A stretch of DNA of 64,000 nt from a virus (taxonomy: Duplodnaviria; Caudoviricetes). The stretch lies in IMG/VR virus record IMGVR_UViG_3300028667_000050, positions 16,957 through 80,956 of that record. One strand, 5' to 3'. Shown here one piece after another: positions 39,637 through 50,309 of the stretch. Position 1 is the stretch's first letter; every line of letters starts with the position of its first letter. The position numbers were made by a program, and so were the translations under genes. Under the pieces are notes generated by a model, which was not told the origin of the DNA, searched no databases, and saw only the letters and a list, made by a program, of their open reading frames with translations.

Positions 39637-39673
39637 TTTCGTCAAAATGGGCGTCTGACCTCCAGTGGATAGT
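39637..39673 (+). promoter_or_regulatory. Element-specific motif, copy B
   Basis: Upstream of the replication operon. Confidence 0.75.
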
Positions 39674-39716
39674 GGGAAGCGAAAAACAGCATAACACTTC
39701 CAGGGGAGGTGAGAAG

Positions 39717-39893
39717 ATGCGTCCCAAGATCGATAGACAAGAAAATATGGTAGAAGTACTGCTGGCGATCAGTGTGGTGTCGGCTAGGCTGGCACATAGC
39801 TTAAGCGCCGTCAAGGTACAGAAAGGAGAAAATTATCATGCAAGATTTAACAGAAGCAATAGCCAAACTGCATGCTGCTGTTGCCGCTATTGA
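39717..39893 (+). CDS. Small hypothetical protein
   Basis: GGAGG RBS; VLLAISVVSARLA; end uncertain. Confidence 0.5.
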   Translation: MRPKIDRQENMVEVLLAISVVSARLAHSLSAVKVQKGENYHARFNRSNSQTACCCCRY

Positions 39894-40122
39894 AAGCGTA
39901 GCCGATGGATTGACGAAGCTTTTCGAGGAGAAGAAGCCTGAGCAGTCAGCGATAACCTTGGTTCAGGTTCGCAGTGTGCTGGCAGAAAAATCTCGGCTGG
40001 GATACACAGAGCAGGTAAAGGCTTTGCTGCAGAAGCATGGCGGAGAAAAGCTTTCAGAGCTTGATTCCAGTGAATATCCGGCGCTTATAAAGGAAGCGGA
40101 GGTGCTTGGCGATGCCAGCTAA
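39838..40122 (+). CDS. Conserved phage hypothetical protein
   Basis: ITLVQVRSVLAEKSR.G...V.ALL.KHG..KLS. Confidence 0.8.
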   Translation: MQDLTEAIAKLHAAVAAIESVADGLTKLFEEKKPEQSAITLVQVRSVLAEKSRLGYTEQVKALLQKHGGEKLSELDSSEYPALIKEAEVLGDAS

Positions 40123-41257
40123 AGAACATGCGGTGCTTGCTGCATCTTCCGCAAATCGGTGGCTGCATTGTCCACCCTCAGTAAAGCTGTGTGAAGGCTC
40201 TGGTCGAGAAGAGCTGGTCAGCGAATATGCGGTCGAGGGAACAGAAGCCCATGCACTAGGCGAGTTCAAGCTGCTGAAAGCGCTCGGGCGAAAAGCAATG
40301 AATCCAACAAAGAAGCTCAAGTTCTACAATGAAGAAATGGAAAACTGTACAGATGGTTACCGCGATTTTGTCATGGAAACCGTGGAACAGGCGAAGCTCA
40401 GTTCACCAGACCCTATTATATTGGTAGAACAACGGGTGGATTTCTCGTCTTGGGTACCAAAAGGCTTTGGAACTGCTGATGCTTTGGTCATCGCAGATGG
40501 TACGCTCAGCATTTGTGATTATAAGCATGGTCAGGGCATTATGGTAGATGCTACGGACAATCCGCAGCTCAAATGCTACGCCCTCGGTGCCTTGGCCATG
40601 TTTGATGTGCTCTACGATATCGCGAAGGTTCGCTTGGCGATTTATCAGCCAAGGCGCGAAAACGTCAGCGTCTTTGAGATGGATAAAAGCGTTCTATACG
40701 AATGGGCCAATGCTGTTTTAAAGCCAACTGCTGCCTTGGCTTTTGTCGGCAAAGGAGACTTTCACTGCGGTGAATGGTGTCGTTTCTGTAAGGCAAAGTG
40801 TATATGCCGGGCTCGTGCAGAAGCTAATCTGCTCTTAGCACAGCATGATTTTAGGTTGCCGTCAACCTTGGTGGAAGCAGAGATAGAAGTCATTCTTTCC
40901 AAGGTAGATGAACTGTCTGTCTGGGCCAACGATGTGAAGGACTATGCATTGCAGCAAGCTATATCTGGGAAAGAGTGGAAGGGCTGGAAACTGGTTGAGG
41001 GGCGCTCGACACGGCGGTATACCAGTGACTCCGTAGTTACGCAAGTCGTGACAGAGGCTGGCTTTGATCCGTACGAAAAGAAGCTCCTGGGTATTACGGC
41101 CATGCAGAAGCTTTTAGGAAAACAGCGTTTTGAGGAATTGCTCAAGGCCTATATTGAAAAACCACCGGGTAAGCCAACGTTAGTGCCGGAAAGTGATAAA
41201 CGTCCGGCTATCAATAATGCAAAATTTGATTTTATGGAGGAAAAGAATCATGAGTAA
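40106..41257 (+). CDS. DUF2800 Cas4-like exonuclease
   Basis: HAVLAASSANRW..C, GTADAL, DYKHGQG, NPQLKCYALG, CRFCKAK. Confidence 0.9.
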   Translation: MAMPAKEHAVLAASSANRWLHCPPSVKLCEGSGREELVSEYAVEGTEAHALGEFKLLKALGRKAMNPTKKLKFYNEEMENCTDGYRDFVMETVEQAKLSSPDPIILVEQRVDFSSWVPKGFGTADALVIADGTLSICDYKHGQGIMVDATDNPQLKCYALGALAMFDVLYDIAKVRLAIYQPRRENVSVFEMDKSVLYEWANAVLKPTAALAFVGKGDFHCGEWCRFCKAKCICRARAEANLLLAQHDFRLPSTLVEAEIEVILSKVDELSVWANDVKDYALQQAISGKEWKGWKLVEGRSTRRYTSDSVVTQVVTEAGFDPYEKKLLGITAMQKLLGKQRFEELLKAYIEKPPGKPTLVPESDKRPAINNAKFDFMEEKNHE

Positions 41258-41822
41258 AACTGTTAAAAATACCAATCCAATGAAGGTCATCACCGGACCA
41301 GCTACGCGCTGGAGTTATGCCAATGTCTGGGAACCAAAGTCAATCAATGGTGGAGCCCCAAAATTCAGTGTGAGTCTAATTATCCCGAAGAGCGATACGA
41401 AGACCGTAGAAAAACTGAGGGCTGCGATTGAGGCTGCCTATAAAGAAGGCGAAACCAAGCTCAAAGGCAATGGTCGTTCCGTCCCGCCTTTGGCAGCTAT
41501 CAAGAATCCGCTGCGTGATGGTGATGTAGAGCGTCCGGATGATGCAGCCTATGCCAATGCGTACTTTGTGAATGCGAACGCTACGACAGCGCCTGGTATC
41601 GTCGATGCAGATTGCAATCCAATCCTCCAGCGCTCAGAGGTATATTCCGGCGTGTATGGACGTGCCAGCATCAGCTTCTATGCTTTCAATAGTTCTGGGA
41701 ATAAAGGGATTGCCTGTGGACTCAATAATTTGCAGAAACTTCGCGATGGGGATCCTTTAGGCGGCAAAGCAAGTGCAGAGGCAGATTTTGCCACGGCTGC
41801 AGATGAAGATTTCTTGAACTAA
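41250..41822 (+). CDS. DUF2815 ssDNA-binding protein
   Basis: RWSYANVWEP, VYSGVYGR, LNNLQK.RDG.PLGG, acidic tail. Confidence 0.9.
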   Translation: MSKTVKNTNPMKVITGPATRWSYANVWEPKSINGGAPKFSVSLIIPKSDTKTVEKLRAAIEAAYKEGETKLKGNGRSVPPLAAIKNPLRDGDVERPDDAAYANAYFVNANATTAPGIVDADCNPILQRSEVYSGVYGRASISFYAFNSSGNKGIACGLNNLQKLRDGDPLGGKASAEADFATAADEDFLN

Positions 41823-41835
41823 GGAGGATGCTGAG

Positions 41836-41970
41836 ATGGGAAATGATATGATGTCGCTTTATACGTTGACCTGCACGACCATAGGGTCAATCATCGTTGG
41901 GACAGTTATAGGCGTGGTTATAGCAGGCTCTTTTATGAAGGCCTGGGACTACCTATATAAGAAAAATTGA
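41836..41970 (+). CDS. Small single-TM protein (44 aa)
   Basis: Manual translation MGNDMMSLYTLTCTTIGSIIVGTVIGVVIAGSFMKAWDYLYKKN; AAGGAGG upstream. Confidence 0.6.
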   Translation: MGNDMMSLYTLTCTTIGSIIVGTVIGVVIAGSFMKAWDYLYKKN

Positions 41971-42035
41971 CAAAATAAAGCAGGCGGCGGAGGAAGCAAG
42001 ACACCTTCGCCGTTTTAAATTAAGGAGAAAATTGG

Positions 42036-43976
42036 ATGAAAACACTTAGTATTGATATTGAAACATATAGCGATGTAAGCCTGGCCAAGAGCGGAGTATA
42101 TCGCTATGTTGAGTCACCGGTATTTGAGATTCTGCTCTTTGCCTATGCTGTTGATGGAGGAGCAGTACAGGTCTTGGATTTGGCTATGGGTGAGACGATT
42201 CCAGAAGCTATTCTCAATGCGTTGGACGATAAAAAAGTTGTCAAATGGGCCTTCAATGCGACCTTTGAGCGTATATGCTTGTCCCGCTGCTTGGGCTATC
42301 CAAGGGGAAACTATCTTGCTGCGGAAGGTTGGCATTGTTCGATGATTTGGGCAGCGACCATGGGCTTGCCGCTATCCCTGGAAGGTGTAGGTGTTGTTCT
42401 TGGATTGGAGAAGCAAAAGCTTACGGAGGGTAAAGATTTAATCCGCTATTTTTGCCAGCCCTGTTCTCCGACAAAAGTGAATGGTGGTCGTACAAGGAAT
42501 CGCCCGCAAGATGACCTGGGGAAATGGGAAGCATTCAAACAATATAATTTGCGCGATGTTGAAACAGAAATGGGCATCCAACAGCGATTGGCAAAGTTTC
42601 CTGTGGTTGAAGATGTTTGGCAGGAATACATCTTTGACCAGGAAATAAACGATCGCGGTGTTCGTCTGGATCAGGAACTGGTGCAGCAGGCGATTCAGAT
42701 GGATACACGTTCTCGCCAAGAGCTTATGGCGGCGATGCAGGAGCTTACCGCATTGGAAAATCCAAATTCTGTGCAACAGATGAAGAATTGGCTTGCGACG
42801 AATGGATTGGTAACGGATACACTGGGGAAGAAGGCTGTCGCTGAACTTTTAAAGACAGCGACAACCGAACTTCAAAAGGTATTACTGCTTCGGCAGCAGT
42901 TGGCAAAATCATCGGTGAAAAAATATCAGCGTATGGAGAGTGTCGTGTGTGACGATGGTCGGGCCCGTGGCATGTTTCAGTTTATGGGAGCCAATCGAAC
43001 TGGCAGATGGGCCGGACGTATGATTCAGTTGCAGAATTTGCCCCAGAATCATTTAGAGGATTTGGCTGAAGCGAGGGCCTTGGTTCGAGCTGGTAATTAT
43101 GAGGCGACGGAAATGCTTTATGGAGATGTGCCAGATATACTTTCACAGCTGATTCGTACCGCGTTCATTCCGGCCGAAGGCAAACAGTTTCTGGTAGTTG
43201 ACTATGCAGCAATAGAAGCCAGGGTAATCGCCTGGTTTGCCGGTGAAACATGGCGGCAGCAGGTCTTTCAGCAAGGCGGCGATATTTATTGCGCGAGCGC
43301 GTCAAAGATGTTCAAGGTTCCAGTAAAAAAGCATGGAATCAATGGGCACTTACGGCAGAAAGGGAAGATTGCTGAATTGGCGCTCGGTTATGGAGGTTCC
43401 GTTGGAGCTTTAAAAGCTATGGGGGCACTGGAGTTGGGGCTTGTTGAGGAAGAACTATCTGAATTGGTCAGTGCTTGGCGACAGGCAAATCCCCATATCG
43501 TGGATTTCTGGTGGGGAATCGATCATGCAGTTTTTAAGGCTGTTCGTGGCAAAACGACGGTCACGAGCTACGGGATGACGATATCTTGCAAGAGTGGGAT
43601 GCTATTTATCACTTTGCCTTCAGGACGAAAGCTGGCTTATGTGAAGCCGCACCTCGGGACCAATAAATTTGGTGGTAATTGCATCACCTATGAAGGTGTT
43701 GGTCCAACAAAAAAATGGGAGCGGCTGGATTCCTATGGGCCAAAGTTTGTCGAAAATATTGTGCAGGCGACCTCGCGTGATCTTTTGTGCTTCGCCATGA
43801 AAAATCTGCGGAGTAGCTTAATCTGCATGCATATTCATGATGAATTGGTTATCGAGGTAGAGCCGGAGCCTTCTTTGGCAGTTGTATGTGAAGAAATGGG
43901 GCGAACACCGCCCTGGGCAAAAGGATTGTTACTGCGGGCTGACGGGTATGTTACAAAATTTTATAAAAAAGATTGA
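42036..43976 (+). CDS. Family A DNA polymerase, phage type
   Basis: IDIETYS, GRWAGR..QLQNLP, VDYAAIEARV, KIAELALGYG, HIHDELV. Confidence 0.95.
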   Translation: MKTLSIDIETYSDVSLAKSGVYRYVESPVFEILLFAYAVDGGAVQVLDLAMGETIPEAILNALDDKKVVKWAFNATFERICLSRCLGYPRGNYLAAEGWHCSMIWAATMGLPLSLEGVGVVLGLEKQKLTEGKDLIRYFCQPCSPTKVNGGRTRNRPQDDLGKWEAFKQYNLRDVETEMGIQQRLAKFPVVEDVWQEYIFDQEINDRGVRLDQELVQQAIQMDTRSRQELMAAMQELTALENPNSVQQMKNWLATNGLVTDTLGKKAVAELLKTATTELQKVLLLRQQLAKSSVKKYQRMESVVCDDGRARGMFQFMGANRTGRWAGRMIQLQNLPQNHLEDLAEARALVRAGNYEATEMLYGDVPDILSQLIRTAFIPAEGKQFLVVDYAAIEARVIAWFAGETWRQQVFQQGGDIYCASASKMFKVPVKKHGINGHLRQKGKIAELALGYGGSVGALKAMGALELGLVEEELSELVSAWRQANPHIVDFWWGIDHAVFKAVRGKTTVTSYGMTISCKSGMLFITLPSGRKLAYVKPHLGTNKFGGNCITYEGVGPTKKWERLDSYGPKFVENIVQATSRDLLCFAMKNLRSSLICMHIHDELVIEVEPEPSLAVVCEEMGRTPPWAKGLLLRADGYVTKFYKKD

Positions 43977-43981
43977 ATTTA

Positions 43982-44018
43982 TTTCGTCAAAACCAGGTGG
44001 TCACCTCCATTGGATAGT
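43982..44018 (+). promoter_or_regulatory. Element-specific motif, copy C
   Basis: Upstream of the Rha/primase operon. Confidence 0.75.
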
Positions 44019-44106
44019 AGAGAGGTGAACCAAGCTTTCTGCAGACGTCCATCTCTAAATAAAACAGAGGTGGACGTTTTGTCTGCCTGAAAAGAGGTAG
44101 ATTCAC

Positions 44107-44790
44107 ATGAAGTTTGTGATCCCAAGAGACGAATATGGTATCTTTGCTGATGCTGATGACGTCGCACGTGTAGACAGTTTGTTTGTAGCTAAGTTCTTTG
44201 AGAAGGAACATAAGCATGTTATGCGAGATATTCGCGAGCTTGATTGTTCGGCCGGATTTCGACAGTCCAATTTTGGACCGTCCTCCTATAAGAACGGACA
44301 AGGTAAGAAACAGCCATGTGTTTATATAACGCGAGATGGTTTCATGTTCTTGGTCATGGGCTATACCGGAAAAAAAGCAGCGCATTTTAAGGAACTTTAT
44401 ATTAAACGCTTTAATGCGATGGAAAGCTTTATTAAGACTTTGGTAAATGCCAGACAGCAATTTCCTAAGCTTACGGCTCAGATCAAGATGCTGCATGAAA
44501 ATCCCAGACCGTATCATTTCTCGAATGAGTGTGATTTGCTGAATCGACTGGTGCTTGGGGTATCTGCAAAGCAGTTTCGTTTGGCGCATCACGTTGAAAA
44601 GGGAAAATCAATTCGGCCCTATTTGACGGATTGGCAGATTGAACAACTGGATCACCTGCAGACGATAGATATTGGTCTCCTGGTGGCAGTAGCGGACTTT
44701 GACCAACGTAAACGGCTGCTGGAATGGAGCCTGACAAAGCTTCGCGAGCAGGTTAAAGGAGGCGGCAACGCATGTGTAACGACAGAGTAA
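44107..44790 (+). CDS. Rha family phage regulatory protein
   Basis: DSLFVAKFFEKEHKHVMRDI, ITRDGFMFLVMGYTGKKA..FK..YI..FN.ME. Confidence 0.9.
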   Translation: MKFVIPRDEYGIFADADDVARVDSLFVAKFFEKEHKHVMRDIRELDCSAGFRQSNFGPSSYKNGQGKKQPCVYITRDGFMFLVMGYTGKKAAHFKELYIKRFNAMESFIKTLVNARQQFPKLTAQIKMLHENPRPYHFSNECDLLNRLVLGVSAKQFRLAHHVEKGKSIRPYLTDWQIEQLDHLQTIDIGLLVAVADFDQRKRLLEWSLTKLREQVKGGGNACVTTE

Positions 44791-45191
44791 ATGCAGAAGG
44801 GTATCCAGATCCTACGTGTTATGCGGCACTTAGCAAGGTGATGCGAGAGGCAAAGCTCGCTTTCCGTCCGCTAGTATATATTTGTAGCCCCTACCGAGGG
44901 GATGAAGTGAACAATGCAATGAAGGCACAGTATTATTGCCGTTTTGCTGTTGAGGAAGGGCGCCTGCCCATTGCGCCACATATCTATTTCCCGCAGTTTC
45001 TGAGTGATGAAAAGGCTGATGAACGAGAATTGGCGCTGTTCATGAATTTTACCTTGCTCGGAAAATGCCATGAGCTGTGGTGTTTTGGTAATGCAATTAG
45101 CGAAGGTATGCAACAGGAGCTAGATCGGGCGAAAAAATATGGAAAGGCCATCCGGTATTTTACGGATGACCTGGAGGAGGTAGAGCGATGA
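44772..45191 (+). CDS. DUF4406/DUF7768-like (nucleoside deoxyribosyltransferase fold) protein
   Basis: LVYICSPYRG, PIAPH, ELWCFG..ISEGM..E. Confidence 0.8.
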   Translation: MCNDRVNAEGYPDPTCYAALSKVMREAKLAFRPLVYICSPYRGDEVNNAMKAQYYCRFAVEEGRLPIAPHIYFPQFLSDEKADERELALFMNFTLLGKCHELWCFGNAISEGMQQELDRAKKYGKAIRYFTDDLEEVER

Positions 45192-47456
45192 AGTTTACTC
45201 TTTACCGAGCAAATTGTCGGGGCGAGGAGCGGAATTCTCTCTATCCGATCCAAGAAGAAATCACAGATGCGAAGTCCATGGCTTATGCGGTTCGGTACGA
45301 CCATGTGATGGCAGGCTATCAGGGAAATCATCGTAGTAGTGCGAACTTTGAGGCAGCGGACTGCATCCCGGAGGATTGTGATAACGAGCATTCGGATAAT
45401 CCGGAGGATTGGATAACCGCAGATACATTGGCAGAGCAGTTTCCAGAGGTAGCTTATGTTTTAGTCTATAGCCGCAATCATAACAAGCCGAAAGGCGAAC
45501 AAACAGCGCGACCACGATTCCACGTGTATTTTCCAACAGAAGCAATCGAGCTTGTGGATACCTATGTGAAGCAGAAGAAACGGCTTCTGAGCTACTTTCC
45601 GTACTTTGATAAAAACGCTCAAGATGCAGCGCGTTTCCTTTATGGAACGGAAGACCCGCAGGTGGTGTGGCATGAGGGCAGCAAAAGCATCCTTGAGTTT
45701 TTGGATGAACAGAAGTTTATGTTCTGGGAGGCTACGTTGGATAAGATTCCAGAAGGACAGCGTAATGCCACGCTGTCAAAGTTTGCCGGGCGGATTATTA
45801 AACGCTATGGCGATACGGACAAGGCTGCGGAGTTTTTCTTTCAACGGGCGGCAAAATGTGAGCCGCCACTCACGATGGAAGAATTGGAGTGCATATGGAA
45901 GAGTGCCCAGGGCTTTTATCAAAAGGTTGCAGCGGACCCGAATTACGTAGAACCGGAAGAATATGCGAGTGGCTTCCAACTTATGCCGGCGGATAACTCC
46001 GATGTGGGGCAGGCCGTTGTGCTGGCTAGGGAATATGGCTGGTGTTTGCGGTATTCACCATCCACAGATTTTGTCGTTTATAACGGCAGCTATTGGGAAG
46101 AAAGTAAACCGAAGGCGCAGGGCTTTTCGCAACAGTTGACGGATCGGCAGCTTGCCGAGGCCGAGGCAAAAATGAAATGCGTGAAGGCCCTGCTAGATGA
46201 ACAGGATAGTGGCGACGTGGTAAAGATTAGTCTGAGCCGCAGGTCAAAAACAGAGCTGGAGCGCTTGGCAGAGCTTTCGAGCGAGCAAATGGAGCTCTAT
46301 TTGCGCTATAAATATGCGGAGAGCTATAAACTCTATGCGATTAAGCGGCGGGAGTCTAAGTATATCGGTAATGCGATGAAGGAGACGCGGCCGATGCTGG
46401 AAATCAGTCAACGGGAACTGGATGACAACGAATATCTGCTCAATACACCGTCTTTGACCTATGACCTGCGAAAAGGACTGGACGGCAGCCAGGGGCATAA
46501 TCCAGGGGATTTCATTACCAAGCAAACCCTGGTGGATCCGGATATTGTTCGTAAGGAGCTATGGGATCGGGCATTGGATACCTTTTTTCTGGACGATGAG
46601 GCGCTTATCGAATATGTGCAGCGAATCGTTGGACTAGCCGCGATTGGCAAGGTGTTCATCGAAGCCCTCATCATTGCCTACGGTGAAGGTCGTAATGGTA
46701 AATTCCACCTTTTGGAATGTATTGGCAAGAGTGCTTGGCAGCTACAGTGGGACCATGTCAGCAGAAACCTTGACAATTGGTTGTCGGCGGAATGTTCGAC
46801 CGGAGCTTGCCGAGGCCAAAGGAAAACGCTTGCTGATTGCCGCTGAACTTGAAGAAGGCATGCGCTTGAGCACTGCCAATGTAAAGCAGCTTTGTTCTAC
46901 TGATGAAATTGCTGCCGAGAAGAAATACAAGGACCCCTTCAGCTATACACCAAGCCATACGTTGGTGCTTTACACTAACCATCTGCCGCGTGTGGGCGCC
47001 ATGGATCAGGGAACGTGGCGCCGGCTTATTGTGATTCCGTTTGACGCCAAGATTGAAGGAAAGTCGGATATTAAAAATTATGCAGATTACCTGTTTGAAA
47101 ATGCAGGCGGGGCCATTCTTAGCTGGATTATTGAGGGAGCGAGGAAGGTCATTGCAGCAGATTGCAAAATCAGTATTCCGCCACGTGTGCAACGGGCGAT
47201 AGATGAATACCGGGAGCATAACAATTGGTTGGAGCATTTTCTGGAGGAATGTTGTGAAATAGAGCTGTCCTATGTAACAAAATCGGGTGAAGTTTACGAT
47301 GAGTATCGTGCGTTTTGCAGTAGAACTGGTGAATATATCCGCAGCGGGGCCGATTTCTATGGTGCCATCGAAGCTGCTGGTTTTGAACGCTATCGCAATA
47401 AAAAAGGGAAGTTCATCAAGGGCTTGCGGCTGAAAACAGAGTTTTTGACGGAGTGA
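45188..47456 (+). CDS. P4-family primase/helicase (extra base near 46706 splits the frame)
   Basis: SRNH..PK..RPRFH, PriCT EGQRN.TL, D5_N, restored GRNGKSTF, AELEEG, RRL..IPF. Confidence 0.9.
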
Positions 47457-47466
47457 TTTTGGAAAA

Positions 47467-47565
47467 GGTGCCGGCCGGTGTACCCTTTATCTAAAACCTC
47501 TCTTTAGGGCAGAAATTTTTGCCCTATAAGAGACTTTCTATATACAGGCGGCACCGGCCGGCACC
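47467..47565. repeat. Perfect 14-bp inverted repeat enclosing a second hairpin (possible origin)
   Basis: GGTGCCGGCCGGTG 47467-80 / CACCGGCCGGCACC 47552-65; tagggca/tgcccta inside. Confidence 0.8.
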
Positions 47566-47591
47566 AGTTAAATTTTGAAGGAGAAAAAGCC

Positions 47592-47873
47592 ATGCGAGAA
47601 AAGGTACTTGAGAAAAAATTGATGGATGCGGTTAAGGCACGAGCAGGCATATGTCCCAAGTTCGTATCCCCAGGATTTGATGGTATGCCCGATCGGATTG
47701 TACTGTTGCCTGCTGGAAAATGGACTTTCGTGGAGCTTAAAGCGCCAGGAGAGAAAGCACGAAAGCTGCAGATAGCCAGGCACTTGCTGTTGCGTAAGCT
47801 TGGTTACTCCGTTTATGTTTTGGATGCAGTAAAACAGATTGAGGTGATGTTAGATGCGATTCAAGCCTCATGA
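47592..47873 (+). CDS. VRR-NUC nuclease
   Basis: KFVSPG..GMPDRIVL, FVELKAPG. Confidence 0.9.
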   Translation: MREKVLEKKLMDAVKARAGICPKFVSPGFDGMPDRIVLLPAGKWTFVELKAPGEKARKLQIARHLLLRKLGYSVYVLDAVKQIEVMLDAIQAS

Positions 47874-49224
47874 TTATCAGCGGTACGCGATTCGTTATAT
47901 CGAAACGCATCCCATTGCGGCCATTCTTCTGGACATGGGCTTGGGCAAGACGGTCATCACGCTTACGGCCATCCAGCATTTACTATATGACAGATTCGAG
48001 ATTCATAAGGTGTTAGTGATTGCACCATTGCGAGTAGCAAAATACAATTGGCCAGAGGAACTAAAGAAGTGGGAGCATCTTCGTGATTTACGCTACAGTG
48101 TTGTTGTTGGCAATCGGGAAGAACGTATAGCAGCGCTTCGGATGCAAGCGGATCTCTATATTGTGAACCGTGAGAATGTGCAATGGCTGGTAGAAGAAAG
48201 CAGTTATCCCTTTGATTTCGATATGCTCGTCGTTGATGAACTGAGTTCCTTTAAAAGCTATCAGGCCAAACGCTTTCGGGCATTGATGAAGGTTCGGCCC
48301 AAGGTGAAGCGAATCGTTGGTCTTACCGGAACACCCAGTAGCAATGGATTGATGGATTTGTTTGCAGAATTTCGTCTACTGGATATGGGGCAGCGTTTAG
48401 GTCGGTACATTACGCGCTATCGTGAGCAATACTTTGAGTCCGATAAACGTAATGCACAAATGGTGTTTTCCTATAAGCCACTGCCTGGGGCAGAGGAAGC
48501 GATTTATCAGAAGCTTTTGGATATCACGATTTCCATGCGGGCCACCGATCATTTGCAAATGCCAGAGCTGTTGTCCAATACCTATCTGGTAACGTTGTCT
48601 GAAGCGGAAGAGAAAAAGTACAAGGCACTTAAGAAAGAAATGGTGCTGGAGATGGAAGGCGAAGAAATCACCGTAGCCAATGCAGCGGCACTCTCGAATA
48701 AACTGCTGCAGTTAGCCAATGGTGCTATTTATACGGACGAGAAAGAGAAGCGAAGACTCCATGAAAGAAAGCTTGATGCTTTAGAGGATTTACTTGAGGC
48801 GGCGAATGGTCAGCCAATGCTTGTGGCGTATTGGTTCAAGCATGATTTAGAGCGTATCAGTGAACGGCTGACAAAGCTTAAAGTGAAGTATGGGACTTTA
48901 GACCAGGAGAAGAACATCCAGCAATGGAATGTAGGCAAGCTCAGTGTAGGCCTCATTCATCCTGCGAGCGCTGGCCATGGCTTGAACCTTCAAGCGGGTG
49001 GTTCAATGTTGGTATGGTTCGGTTTGACCTGGTCCTTGGAGCTTTACCAGCAAACCAATGCCCGGCTCTGGCGACAAGGACAACGGGCGAAAACGGTTGT
49101 CTTGCAGCATATTGTCACCAAAGGAACGATTGATGAGCGTGTGCTAAAGGCGTTAGAAAATAAAAATGCCGTTCAGCAGGGGATGCTGGCAGCAGTGAAA
49201 GCAGAGGTTGGTCTTGATGGATGA
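47854..49224 (+). CDS. SNF2-family helicase
   Basis: LDMGLGKT, VDELSSFK, LTGTP, GHGLNLQ, QTNARLWRQG. Confidence 0.93.
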   Translation: MRFKPHDYQRYAIRYIETHPIAAILLDMGLGKTVITLTAIQHLLYDRFEIHKVLVIAPLRVAKYNWPEELKKWEHLRDLRYSVVVGNREERIAALRMQADLYIVNRENVQWLVEESSYPFDFDMLVVDELSSFKSYQAKRFRALMKVRPKVKRIVGLTGTPSSNGLMDLFAEFRLLDMGQRLGRYITRYREQYFESDKRNAQMVFSYKPLPGAEEAIYQKLLDITISMRATDHLQMPELLSNTYLVTLSEAEEKKYKALKKEMVLEMEGEEITVANAAALSNKLLQLANGAIYTDEKEKRRLHERKLDALEDLLEAANGQPMLVAYWFKHDLERISERLTKLKVKYGTLDQEKNIQQWNVGKLSVGLIHPASAGHGLNLQAGGSMLVWFGLTWSLELYQQTNARLWRQGQRAKTVVLQHIVTKGTIDERVLKALENKNAVQQGMLAAVKAEVGLDG

Positions 49225-49414
49225 GGCTTATGAGAATTTGGCGAATGCGATTATATTATTAGCCGTGAAGGATTATCGCCAAGCGATGAGAAGCAGGAAT
49301 CCAGTTATGCAGACAAGGTTAGAAAAATTCTTTCGTTCCACTTGGTTCGGAGTATTGACCAAAATGGATCCTGAGTTTTTGATTACTAGGCTGAAGGAGG
49401 AGAACGTAGGATGA
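49217..49414 (+). CDS. Conserved phage hypothetical protein
   Basis: YENLANAIILLAVKDYR...FFRS.WF..LT. Confidence 0.8.
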   Translation: MDEAYENLANAIILLAVKDYRQAMRSRNPVMQTRLEKFFRSTWFGVLTKMDPEFLITRLKEENVG

Positions 49415-49836
49415 CGAAAAAAGAATATCTGGGGCAGGCTTATCGAATTGACCAGCGCATCAATAGTAAAATCGAGCAGATTGCATCGCTTCGGATCCTG
49501 GCAGCCAAAGCCACATCCACTCTGGGCAGTGAGCCAGTGAGCGGGACCAGGAACGTGCATCGCATGGAAGATGTGATCTGCAGGATTGCTGACCTCGAGA
49601 CGGAGATCAACCAGGACATCGATGCATTGGTGGACTTCAAGCAGGAGATGATGGGTGTCATCAAAGCCGTCAGCAATTTAGAGTACCAGACCTTGCTGGA
49701 GCTGCGGTTCCTCTGCTTCAAGACCTGGGAGCAGATTGCGGTGGCGATGGACTACAGCATCCAGCATATCTATCGTCTGCGGGATAAAGCCGTCAAAGAA
49801 ATTACGCTGCCAGCAAAAGATGATAGGAAATGTTAG
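49411..49836 (+). CDS. DUF1492/ArpU-like late transcriptional regulator
   Basis: KEYLGQAY.IDQRI, LELRFL..KTWEQIA..MDYS. Confidence 0.85.
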   Translation: MTKKEYLGQAYRIDQRINSKIEQIASLRILAAKATSTLGSEPVSGTRNVHRMEDVICRIADLETEINQDIDALVDFKQEMMGVIKAVSNLEYQTLLELRFLCFKTWEQIAVAMDYSIQHIYRLRDKAVKEITLPAKDDRKC

Positions 49837-49952
49837 TAGATGTTCATGGCGAAATCTGATAAGATTAAACTAGCGAAAAAAGAATGAACGATGAAGCCTT
49901 CGGGGAACAATCCCTCGAGGGCTTTTTGTTTGCCTGAAAAGAGGTGAGAGGG

Positions 49953-50309
49953 ATGCCGAGAAAACCGAAGAAGCCCTGCCGCTACCCAGGCTGTCCGAAA
50001 CTGACGGATGCAAGGTACTGCCCGGAACATGAGCGGCTGGCAAGCCAGCAGTACGAGAAATACGACCGGGATCCGGCAGCCAAGCGGAGATACGGCAGAG
50101 CATGGCGAAAGATACGTGCAAGATTTCTCACGGGGCATCCGCTCTGCATGATGTGCCAGCAGGAAGGCAGGCTGACCAAGGCAACGGAAGTGCATCATAT
50201 CCTGCCGCTTTCGCGCGGCGGGACGCATGAAGAAAGAAACCTCATGGCACTCTGTAAGTCGTGCCACTCCCGCATCACGGTGGAGATGGGAGATCGGTGG
50301 CATCGCTGA
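49953..50309 (+). CDS. Terminase-associated HNH endonuclease
   Basis: PLC..C, EVHHI.PL..GGTH...NLMALCKSCH. Confidence 0.9.
   Translation: MPRKPKKPCRYPGCPKLTDARYCPEHERLASQQYEKYDRDPAAKRRYGRAWRKIRARFLTGHPLCMMCQQEGRLTKATEVHHILPLSRGGTHEERNLMALCKSCHSRITVEMGDRWHR

Noticed and set aside
44084-49945. 15-bp repeat TGCCTGAAAAGAGGT at 44084 and 49931
   Set aside because: Includes the RBS and follows a hairpin in both places; probably a shared translation-initiation region, too short to claim more
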